Shown here one piece after another: positions 38,156 through 46,501 of a stretch of DNA of 64,000 bases. Origin of the DNA: Bacteriovoracaceae bacterium (GTDB lineage Bacteria > Bdellovibrionota > Bacteriovoracia > Bacteriovoracales > Bacteriovoracaceae); NCBI GenBank assembly GCA_947450475.1, contig CANFVK010000005.1, positions 95,763-159,762 on the forward strand, given 5' to 3'. The translations under genes were made by a program, and so were the position numbers. A model generated the notes under the pieces. It saw nothing but the letters and a program-made list of their open reading frames with translations, was not told the origin of the DNA and did not search any database. Every line of letters starts with the position of its first letter. Position 1 is the stretch's first letter.

Positions 38156-38622
38156 GCGCATTAAGTGGTAGAATAAACTTGGAAAATTTCTTGATTTGAA
38201 AAAAATATGAAGAATAAAAAAAGAGTCTAGGTGGTGGTCTTACTATCGAGGTTCCGCCCATTTTTAAATAGGTGGCTGCAGTTAGTAGTCTCTTTAGGCT
38301 TCTCACTGAAAAAACCGCTTAGGGTTTAATATGAGCTTGCTCACCGTGACCAGGGACCGCTCCCGAATAAATCTTTATAGAGGAACCAACTTAATGCCAA
38401 CTCCTAGACTCACTTTGATTATACACTTTTGAATGAATGGACTAAAGGAAACTTTTTACCTATCTCGTTATTTCGACAACTTAGACTAAAAAACATTTTC
38501 TCAACTCTTTGATCATTGAAAAATCCCGCAGTGTGGTATTATGAAAGAGTAAGAGATTTAAGCTTTTAGAGCTCCAAACCGATAACGATTTAAGGAATAA
38601 TGGGTTTATAGAAGAGGATTAT

Positions 38623-38811
38623 ATGAAAACACTATTAGCTTACATTAAAGATGAAAGCGGACAAACTTCCACTGAGTACATTCTCCTTGTCGCAGTCGTT
38701 GCAATGATTGTTTTCAAGTTTAAGTCTCAAGCACAAGAGAAACTTGGTAACATAACCAATACCGTATTTGGTAAAGCTCAGACGATGGCCGATGGAATTG
38801 AAACTAATTAA
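38623..38811 (+). CDS. flp: Flp-family type IVb pilin
   Basis: MKTLLAYIKDESG|QTSTEYILLVAVVAMIV carries the Flp motif G/xxxxEY followed by a hydrophobic helix. 62 aa. Confidence 0.85.
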   Translation: MKTLLAYIKDESGQTSTEYILLVAVVAMIVFKFKSQAQEKLGNITNTVFGKAQTMADGIETN

Positions 38812-39019
38812 AGATTCTCAAACAACTGGTCAAGCACTAATCGAATACCTTTTTTTATTCTGCTTCATGATTTATATAACCATTAATATGGTAAAGGGCT
38901 TAGGCGCAACGATGTTCAAATCGGTGGGCTACCTCGGCTATGAAATTACCGAACAATTAACCATCGGCGTTTGCCAATCTGAATGTTTTTTCACCGGTTA
39001 TAAGAATCAGGGGAAATAG
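38792..39019 (+). CDS. Second Flp-like prepilin (contains Cys)
   Basis: MELKLIKDSQTTG|QALIEYLFLF has the same 13-aa leader length as flp. The ATG at 38792 overlaps the end of flp. Confidence 0.55.
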   Translation: MELKLIKDSQTTGQALIEYLFLFCFMIYITINMVKGLGATMFKSVGYLGYEITEQLTIGVCQSECFFTGYKNQGK

Positions 39020-39022
39020 AGC

Positions 39023-39532
39023 ATGCTTCCCTTGGTGGTTTTCATCTTTGCTGCGATTCAACTTTTGGTCGTAGCTTACATCGACTTCAAAACCACAAAA
39101 ATTTCCAACCTGTGGTTGATTCTCAATTTTTTCATTTTTTGCATTTTGTCTTTATTGTTTCCTACATTGTATCTGTGGAGACTCGACACATTTGTTTTTC
39201 CAATCGTTTTTTTGTTCGTAGGCTTTGGATTATTTGCCATGAACATCATGGGGGGAGGCGATTCAAAGTATCTGGCATCCTTTTATCTTTTGGTTCCCCT
39301 GGGACATCAAGAAAGTGTCTTTTTGTATTTGCTATATACGACAGTTATCGTCGGGAGTTCTTTGCTACTCTTTAATGCTCTCAAAAATTTTGATAGAATT
39401 GTGATATTATTTAAACTTGGCGACGTTTCCGGAATTAAAAAAATTTTTGGAAAAAAATTTACTTATGCGCCAGTAATCTTTATCGCATGGATGTGGTTTG
39501 GGTGGCAAAATCATTCTCAATTCGCTTATTAA
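39023..39532 (+). CDS. cpaA: Flp prepilin peptidase (A24 family, CpaA/TadV)
   Basis: Polytopic. GGGDSKYLASF aspartyl-peptidase motif. Confidence 0.85.
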   Translation: MLPLVVFIFAAIQLLVVAYIDFKTTKISNLWLILNFFIFCILSLLFPTLYLWRLDTFVFPIVFLFVGFGLFAMNIMGGGDSKYLASFYLLVPLGHQESVFLYLLYTTVIVGSSLLLFNALKNFDRIVILFKLGDVSGIKKIFGKKFTYAPVIFIAWMWFGWQNHSQFAY

Positions 39533-39840
39533 AAAATCAACTAGGTCAATCGACGGTAGAATACATACTCCTCTTGGCGGTTCTGGTTTCGTTGGGGTTT
39601 GGTTTTTTTCACAATAAAAAATTTTTGGATTTTATTAATGCGGCCGATGGAAGTATGTTTGAGTCTATGAGAAAAGGAATTGGGTATTCATATCGCTATG
39701 GTTTAGAATATAAATCCTCAGTACCCTACGACGAAAAAATGATTTTTGATTATAAAAATAATTTACATGATAGTTATACCAAAGACGGTACAGAGAGTCG
39801 TTTTTTTACAGGGGATGCACCATATCCTGCAGGGCCTTAA
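39487..39840 (+). CDS. TadE/pseudopilin-like protein
   Basis: LKNQLG|QSTVEYILLLAVLV prepilin motif. Start codon uncertain: the ATG at 39487 overlaps cpaA by 46 nt. Confidence 0.55.
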   Translation: MDVVWVAKSFSIRLLKNQLGQSTVEYILLLAVLVSLGFGFFHNKKFLDFINAADGSMFESMRKGIGYSYRYGLEYKSSVPYDEKMIFDYKNNLHDSYTKDGTESRFFTGDAPYPAGP

Positions 39841-39844
39841 AAAA

Positions 39845-40357
39845 ATGATTAAAAATAATCGCGGTCAATCGACAATTGAATTTATTCTAACTTTTTCGGC
39901 AACAATCGGATTTATTTTTCTATTCGTAAAAATGTCCATTAATTACACCAATGGCTTTATGGTTCACCACGCAACCTATATGGCTTCACGATCTTTTTTA
40001 GTGATTGATTCAAATGATGACAAGCCTGAAGATGGAGATATAAAGGCTTTTAATTCTGCCAAGCTCGTTTTTAAAAAATACCTACCGGAAGCTATTTTAG
40101 CAGGGCTGGAGCTTAAATCTAACAACCCAGGAGTTGCCGGACACTTGCCAGTTTTCACTGGAGTGTTTACTGAATTTACTCAAAGGTTTTCATCGGGGCA
40201 TATTGGAGGAAGAGGAGAAATTACTTATCGTTCAGAATCTTTTTTAGGAAGGGAGCCAACCCGCTCTGAGTCTTATACCCAGACTTGTCAGGCGATTAAA
40301 ACCGTCACTAAAAAATCTTGTGCCACACTCAACACGCTTGATGATAATGGGGGGTGA
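39845..40357 (+). CDS. TadE-like pseudopilin
   Basis: MIKNNRG|QSTIEFILTF. The ATG at 39845 lies just after the previous stop. Confidence 0.7.
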   Translation: MIKNNRGQSTIEFILTFSATIGFIFLFVKMSINYTNGFMVHHATYMASRSFLVIDSNDDKPEDGDIKAFNSAKLVFKKYLPEAILAGLELKSNNPGVAGHLPVFTGVFTEFTQRFSSGHIGGRGEITYRSESFLGREPTRSESYTQTCQAIKTVTKKSCATLNTLDDNGG

Positions 40358-40892
40358 GGTGAAAGAAAATATTTTTATTAAAACTAAAGCACTCAACAAT
40401 AATAAAGGCCAGGCCCTGTTTGAAATGATTCTTTTTCTACCCTTCCTAATGTTTCTGTACACCATTTATTATACGGCGGGAAATTCTATAAGCGCCTCAA
40501 TTAATCAACAAAAAGTGGTGCGAGGATATTATTACCATCTACTTAAAGGAAATTCATATCTCAATACGCTACCTGATTTAAACGCCCTATCTGGCAATGC
40601 TTTAAAGCGGATAGGATTCAATGCAGTTGGGTGGAGAGATCACAGTGTTAATAATAAAACTTCAATGGCGCCTTGTTTTAAATTTTCTTCTTTATTAAAA
40701 AATGGCAGTACTGAAGAATGTGAAAGTGATGCTCGCGATGAAGAATCTTCGAGCCGCTTTATCAGAGTCTTTACCTTTTATGGTGTTTGCGGTCCCTCAT
40801 ATATCAAACACGCTACGGACTTTGGTGACTTTTATGATATTGTACCAAGCGCTCAAGGTGACATTAGTACTGGATGTTTTCTCGGCCTTTAA
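40320..40892 (+). CDS. TadE/TadF/TadG-like pseudopilin
   Basis: NNNKG|QALFEMILFLPFLMFLY. Start ambiguous: GTG 40320, ATG 40341, ATG 40347 or GTG 40359. Confidence 0.55.
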   Translation: MPHSTRLMIMGGEVKENIFIKTKALNNNKGQALFEMILFLPFLMFLYTIYYTAGNSISASINQQKVVRGYYYHLLKGNSYLNTLPDLNALSGNALKRIGFNAVGWRDHSVNNKTSMAPCFKFSSLLKNGSTEECESDARDEESSSRFIRVFTFYGVCGPSYIKHATDFGDFYDIVPSAQGDISTGCFLGL

Positions 40893-40980
40893 GAGGGCTA
40901 GATAAATTCTGCCTCTTCGTATTATTATTCGAAAATTTGATAAAATCTAAAAAGCTAGTTATTTAAACAGGTTGGGAAAA

Positions 40981-41805
40981 ATGAACACTCGCGCCCTAAC
41001 GTTGGCCTTAGTCATAGCAGGATTTGCGATGATGATGGTCTACACTTACATCGATGATCAAAAAGCAGCGATGGTCAAAGACTATGGGACGCAGAGTTCA
41101 GTCATTGTAGCCAAGGTCGATATACAAGAATTAGATCTAATCGATGATTCAAAAGTTGAAGTAAAAACAGTTCCCGAAAATTTTTTAGCACCAGGACATT
41201 TTAAATCAATCAAAGATTTAGAAAATACAATTGCAACGGTTCCTATTATTAAAGGTGAGCAAATCACCAAGCCAAGAGTGACTTATCCAGGTATAAAGAC
41301 AGGATTATCGCGCCAGGTTTCAGTTGGAAAACGAGCAGTAGCAATCAATATCACGGAACGAGATGCGGTTGGAAGATTGATAAAGCCAGGTGATCGTGTC
41401 GATGTACTTACAGCTATAGATATTTCGCAAGGAGCGAGAAAGGATTTACAAAAAACAAGAACGATTCTGCAAGATGTTCTAGTTCTTTCAACAGGGATGA
41501 GCATGACCAATTCTATTCCTATCTATGGTGTTGAAACTCCCAAAGTTATCCGTACCATGAATTTAAATACCTACTCCTCTTATAGTACGATTACTTTAGA
41601 GCTAGATCCTTACGACGTACAAAAACTCTCTTTCATACAAGCTTACGGCAATGGTTCACTTTCTTTGTCATTGAGAAATAATGCAGACAAAGAACCTGTT
41701 AGGTTAAGAGCAACTCAAATTTATGATGTTCTCGGAGAAGATGCTTCGGAAGCAAAATCTTATTTCTCTGAAAAATATATTAAAGAGTCAAAAAATGCTC
41801 AATAA
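40981..41805 (+). CDS. cpaB: Flp pilus assembly protein CpaB/RcpC
   Basis: N-terminal TM helix. SAF-like VIVAKVDIQELDLIDD...IIKGEQIT. Position within the tad locus. Confidence 0.8.
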   Translation: MNTRALTLALVIAGFAMMMVYTYIDDQKAAMVKDYGTQSSVIVAKVDIQELDLIDDSKVEVKTVPENFLAPGHFKSIKDLENTIATVPIIKGEQITKPRVTYPGIKTGLSRQVSVGKRAVAINITERDAVGRLIKPGDRVDVLTAIDISQGARKDLQKTRTILQDVLVLSTGMSMTNSIPIYGVETPKVIRTMNLNTYSSYSTITLELDPYDVQKLSFIQAYGNGSLSLSLRNNADKEPVRLRATQIYDVLGEDASEAKSYFSEKYIKESKNAQ

Positions 41806-43282
41806 GTTTTTATTTTTCATTTTGGTTTTAATCTTGAGTTTGAAAATTTCATCTCAGGAAGATCCTGCGGGTGAAACTTTAAAAGAAATAGACGTTGTCG
41901 TGGGTCTGGAAAAAATTATTAAATTAGATTTTGTGCCAAATACAGTCGTGAAACTTGCTAACGAAAACTTGGCGTCTTATCAAATTGTTCCATCTAAGAA
42001 AGAAGTTACTATTACCGGACTAAAGGCCGGAGAAACATCATTAACGTTACGAGATAGTGGCGGAGATATTCGGGCAAGATATTTATTAAAAGTTACGGCA
42101 TCCGATCAATCAAAAGTGGTTGTTCAGTTAAAAGAATTATTAGGTGATGTAGAAGGATTGGAGATTGGGATCAAAGGTGATTCTGTTTATGTTGGTGGCT
42201 ATATTGTTGTTCCAAGCGACATTGGAAAAGTTGTCGTTATTCTCGATAAGTATCCAGATGTTTTACGCTTGGTTGAGCTATCTCCTCAAACCCAAGTCGT
42301 AATCGCTCGAAAGATGCAAGAAGAAATTCAAAAATCTAGCTTTAAAGATGTGACTGTCAGAGTCGTCAATGGTAGTTACTGGATAGAGGGAGTTGTTGGT
42401 TCAGATGAAGATAAAACTACCGTAGAAAAAATTGTCCTAGAGTACCTTCCCGATCAAATTCAAAACTTAGCTAGGCGAACTGACGCCGTACAAAAAACCA
42501 AAAAATTACCTTACGCTATTTTACTTACGAAAAATGAAAAGAAAAAACCTGATCCTATCCAAAAACTTTTTAAGATATCAGCACAATTTGTTGAACTAAC
42601 CAAAGGCTACGATAAATTATTTTCTTTTACCTGGACTCCACTTATTGGTGCAGACGGTGGTCAAATTTCCATAGGAAAAGGAAGCAGTGGCGGGGTCACG
42701 ACGAGTTCTAGCGGAACGTTGGCTGCAACTATTTCTAATCTATTTCCTAAACTAAACTCTGCAAAAAGTGCTGGTCACGCTCGCATACTTGAATCGGGAG
42801 TTATTGTGGTGAAGGAAAATGTAGCGGGAGTCATAAAAAAGACAACTCAAATTCCTTTTCAGATAGGAACTGGAGATAATGCCAAAGCGGGAATAGCAGT
42901 TGCGGGCTTTGATATGAGCATTACACCCAAACCTCTGCAAGAAGAAAAAATTGAAATGAAGGTTGTCATCAATGTTAGCTCCGTCTCAGGCGATGCCACG
43001 CCTCAAACTCTAAACAACACCGTGGATACGACCGTAATAGTTAAGTCACAAGATTCAGCAGTAATCGGGGGAGTCGTTACCAGTAAAACTCAAACGGACT
43101 TTGATAAAGAAGGCGATCCCATCAAGATAGATGGAGGAGCGCCATTGTTTGCATTTATTAAATCAAAAAAATACTCAACCAACAGATCTCAATTCGTTAT
43201 TTTTGTTACACCTGAAATTATAGAATCAGCTGCAACAGGGGTTTCAGAGATCGAACGAAAATTTAGAAAAAGGAGCCGATAA
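41795..43282 (+). CDS. cpaC: Tad secretin CpaC/RcpA
   Basis: Signal peptide MLNKFLFFILVLILSLKISS. C-terminal secretin core (...VIGGVVTS...SQFVIFVTPEII). Confidence 0.85.
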   Translation: MLNKFLFFILVLILSLKISSQEDPAGETLKEIDVVVGLEKIIKLDFVPNTVVKLANENLASYQIVPSKKEVTITGLKAGETSLTLRDSGGDIRARYLLKVTASDQSKVVVQLKELLGDVEGLEIGIKGDSVYVGGYIVVPSDIGKVVVILDKYPDVLRLVELSPQTQVVIARKMQEEIQKSSFKDVTVRVVNGSYWIEGVVGSDEDKTTVEKIVLEYLPDQIQNLARRTDAVQKTKKLPYAILLTKNEKKKPDPIQKLFKISAQFVELTKGYDKLFSFTWTPLIGADGGQISIGKGSSGGVTTSSSGTLAATISNLFPKLNSAKSAGHARILESGVIVVKENVAGVIKKTTQIPFQIGTGDNAKAGIAVAGFDMSITPKPLQEEKIEMKVVINVSSVSGDATPQTLNNTVDTTVIVKSQDSAVIGGVVTSKTQTDFDKEGDPIKIDGGAPLFAFIKSKKYSTNRSQFVIFVTPEIIESAATGVSEIERKFRKRSR

Positions 43283-43284
43283 AA

Positions 43285-45522
43285 ATGGCCGGACACATAA
43301 TTTCGATTATTGGAGGCAAGGGCGGATTGGGCAAGTCTCAAGTTGCAGCTAATTTGGCATTTGCCTATTCACTTGAAGGCAAAGTGAAAACTCTCTTGCT
43401 GGACTTTGATCAAAAAGCTGGTGGTGATCAAGATTTTATAACTGGTATGAAAGGTAAAAAGAATTTAAAAGAACTCGCCGAGTTCAAAGGTTCTATCGAC
43501 CCCAATTCCATTCAGCAATTTGTAAGTATGAATCAAAATGTATTTTACATTGGAATGCCAAACGATGCCACGGCAGCTAATAATATAGAAGTTGAGGCTT
43601 TGGGGAGAACTTTAAAGGCGGTCACAAATATTTATCCCATTACGATTATTGATGCTGGCAATGAATTAACTCCATTGGCAATTAAAGCATTGGAATTTTC
43701 TACCCTTATTTTCGTTGTGGTGACTCCTGATATTCTCGCACTTAATCAGACCAAGAGATTATATTCAGATCTTGTTACGATGATGTTTCCCAAAGATATG
43801 ATTCAATTTGTTGTGAATCAAGCGCAGCAGGGGCATCCGGTAACTAATGATGTTATTTCTAAAACCTTAGGTAAGCCAATTTTTTCAGCTATAGCTAAAG
43901 ATGATCAAAATTGCGTAATGGCACTTAATCAGAAAAAGCCTGTGATGCTCGTTGCGAGAAACAGTGCATTTGCTAAGGGTATAGTCGATACCGTTAGGCG
44001 ATTAAACGAAAAAAGTGTTTTAAAAACACTTGAGCGTCTTTCTAAACCTAGTGATGCCGGAGTTAAAAAAGAAGAAAGCAAAGATGGAGCCGTCTCTCCA
44101 ACTAAAGGTGGAAAGAGTCCTTGGACTGATCTTAAGTCACGCATCCATCGAGCACTAGTGGATGAGATGGACATCAAAAAAACTGATGAGAATGATCCCA
44201 AAGCTCAAATTATTTTAAAAGAACAAACCAAAAAAATTGTTGTAGAGCTTTTGGGAAAAGAAGATACCAAAGGAATACTCAACGGTCGCGATGATATGAA
44301 TCAGATTGTAAAAGAAATCATCGATGAGGCCTTAGGACTTGGTCCTCTTGAAGATTTGCTTCGAGATAAATCAATTTCGGAAGTAATGGTGGTTGGGCCT
44401 TTTAAGATTTATTATGAACAAGGTGGAAAAATCAAACTTTCTGAAATCACTTTTACTAATGATCGCCAAGTTCTCAATGTTATAGAAAGGATTGTCGCAC
44501 CAATTGGACGACGTATCGATGAAAAAACGCCCTACGTAGATGCTAGACTTCGCGATGGTTCTAGAGTGCATGCCATTATTCCACCGTCATCCATTGATGG
44601 ATGTACCATTACAATTAGGAAGTTCCCAGAGAAGAGATTGACCTACAAAGATCTTGTAAAATACGGTTCCATGACAGAAAGTATGGCCGATTTTTTGCGA
44701 ATTGCAGTTGAGGCCCATCGAAATATCATTGTCTCCGGTGGTACCGGTTCAGGTAAGACGACTCTGATTAATGTGCTCGGTGGTTTTATTCAATCCAATG
44801 AGCGTATCATTACTTGTGAAGACTCCGCGGAACTCAATTTTCCTCAGGAGCATATCGTTCGTTTGGAAACTCGTCCTCCTTCACTTGAAGGCGATGGTGC
44901 CATTGATATACGTTGTCTGGTTAAGCAAACTTTGCGGATGAGGCCAGATCGCATTGTTGTCGGTGAGTGTCGCGGCGGTGAAACCCTCGACATGCTTCAA
45001 GCAATGGGAACAGGTCACGATGGATCAATGACCACGGTTCACTCAAACAATCCCAGAGAATGTATTGGTCGATTAGAGACATTGGTGCAATATGCTGGAA
45101 CTTCAATTTCTCCAAGAGCTATTAAGGAAATGATTGCCAATGCTGTTCACATGATTATTCAACAGTCTCGCTTGGATGATGGCTCTAGAAGAGTTATGTA
45201 CATAACTGAAATTGGTGGGATGCAAGGAGATACAGTTATCTTGCAAGATATTTTTCTTTTCATTCAAAAAGAAATTGATAAAACTGGAAAAATTCTAGGG
45301 GAATTTCAGGCGACAGGTTTTATTCCAAAGTTTATCGAGGTGCTCGAGCGAAAAGGTTACAATGTTCCTAGAGGAATTTTTAGCAATCGTCCTCCTCAAC
45401 CGGCTTCAACTCCCGCTCCAGCTATAGCAGCTGCGCCAGCACCAACGAATAAGGCGAACACTCCAAGTGCGGCAAGTCCAGGGGCAACGTCGACTCAGGC
45501 TAAGCCAGCAGTTAAGAAGTAG
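43285..45522 (+). CDS. Fusion of a ParA/MinD-like TadZ/CpaE module with the TadA/CpaF secretion ATPase, plus a Pro/Ala-rich tail
   Basis: N-terminal deviant Walker A IIGGKGGLGKSQVAANLA. C-terminal VirB11-type GGTGSGKTT, Asp box and His box (GHDGSMTTVHSN). The last ~50 aa are PPQPASTPAPAIAAAPAP... Confidence 0.85.
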   Translation: MAGHIISIIGGKGGLGKSQVAANLAFAYSLEGKVKTLLLDFDQKAGGDQDFITGMKGKKNLKELAEFKGSIDPNSIQQFVSMNQNVFYIGMPNDATAANNIEVEALGRTLKAVTNIYPITIIDAGNELTPLAIKALEFSTLIFVVVTPDILALNQTKRLYSDLVTMMFPKDMIQFVVNQAQQGHPVTNDVISKTLGKPIFSAIAKDDQNCVMALNQKKPVMLVARNSAFAKGIVDTVRRLNEKSVLKTLERLSKPSDAGVKKEESKDGAVSPTKGGKSPWTDLKSRIHRALVDEMDIKKTDENDPKAQIILKEQTKKIVVELLGKEDTKGILNGRDDMNQIVKEIIDEALGLGPLEDLLRDKSISEVMVVGPFKIYYEQGGKIKLSEITFTNDRQVLNVIERIVAPIGRRIDEKTPYVDARLRDGSRVHAIIPPSSIDGCTITIRKFPEKRLTYKDLVKYGSMTESMADFLRIAVEAHRNIIVSGGTGSGKTTLINVLGGFIQSNERIITCEDSAELNFPQEHIVRLETRPPSLEGDGAIDIRCLVKQTLRMRPDRIVVGECRGGETLDMLQAMGTGHDGSMTTVHSNNPRECIGRLETLVQYAGTSISPRAIKEMIANAVHMIIQQSRLDDGSRRVMYITEIGGMQGDTVILQDIFLFIQKEIDKTGKILGEFQATGFIPKFIEVLERKGYNVPRGIFSNRPPQPASTPAPAIAAAPAPTNKANTPSAASPGATSTQAKPAVKK

Positions 45523-45535
45523 GAAGTAGAACAAA

Positions 45536-46426
45536 ATGAGTGTCTTTATTAGTTTAATTGGTTTCAAAGGACTCATCCTCTTTGTAGGAGGAATGGTCTT
45601 TGCCTTAAGCTATAAATATTCAATCAATATGTTTGAATGGGTCGAACAACAGACCTATGGAACTCGTTCCTATATTATGGAAAAATTGGAGTTTCTATTT
45701 ATTGAAATTCCCCAAGATAAACTGACTTATATTTTATTGGCCTCATCAGTTGGATTGGGTTGCTTTATTTTTTTACTTTTTGGCATCTTGGGATTTTGGA
45801 TTCTTGGAATTATCTTCGGAATCATTTGCGCATTTTTGGGATTTAAAGCGCCAAGAATGATTGTCGATTTTTTAGTTGAAAAAAGAATTAAGGCTTACTC
45901 TTTGCAAATGGTAGATGCCCTTCAATTGCTTTCTAACGGTATCAGGGCCGGTCTCTCAGTGCCACAGGCCATTGGCATGATAGTTGATGAAATGCCTCCT
46001 CCTATTTCCCAGGAATTCAATATTATTTTGCAACAAAATCGAATTGGTGTTCCGTTAGAAGAGTGTTTTGAAAATTTAGCAAAAAGGGTGCCCACTGAGG
46101 ACAATGATATGTTTGTCTCATCTGTAAACATTTTAAGAGAGACTGGGGGTAATCTTGCCGAAACTTTTGACACAATTGTTGATGTCATACGCGAAAGGGT
46201 AAGGCTCCAACAAAAAGTAGACACCTACACTGCACAGGGAATGTTTCAAGGAATGGTTATTGGGGCCATGCCCTACGCTTTAGGTTTCATATATTATCTT
46301 CAAGATCCCGCTTCAATGACTCCATTATTTACCACTGTCATTGGGTTTATTTTGCTTTCTTTTGCAGTTATTTTCGATTTAGTAGGGATTTACGTTATAA
46401 TGAAAATTGTAAAAATAAAGATATAA
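45536..46426 (+). CDS. tadB: Tad platform protein (TadB/TadC, T2SSF family); only copy in the locus
   Basis: T2SSF-like cytoplasmic domain (LQLLSNGIRAGLSVPQAI...) flanked by TM helices. Confidence 0.8.
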   Translation: MSVFISLIGFKGLILFVGGMVFALSYKYSINMFEWVEQQTYGTRSYIMEKLEFLFIEIPQDKLTYILLASSVGLGCFIFLLFGILGFWILGIIFGIICAFLGFKAPRMIVDFLVEKRIKAYSLQMVDALQLLSNGIRAGLSVPQAIGMIVDEMPPPISQEFNIILQQNRIGVPLEECFENLAKRVPTEDNDMFVSSVNILRETGGNLAETFDTIVDVIRERVRLQQKVDTYTAQGMFQGMVIGAMPYALGFIYYLQDPASMTPLFTTVIGFILLSFAVIFDLVGIYVIMKIVKIKI

Positions 46427-46501
46427 ATTTAATATATAATAATATCGTTTTAAACAACCGAAAATCACGAAGAGTTTTTTATCAACAAGGATTTGAGTTT
46501 T

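Noticed and set aside
38121-38306. 62-codon N-terminal extension of the hypothetical gene at 37584
   Set aside because: The extension is low-complexity and covers a good sigma-70-like promoter. I kept it only as an alternative start.
39112-39375. 87-aa ORF
   Set aside because: It is an alternative frame inside the prepilin peptidase gene cpaA.
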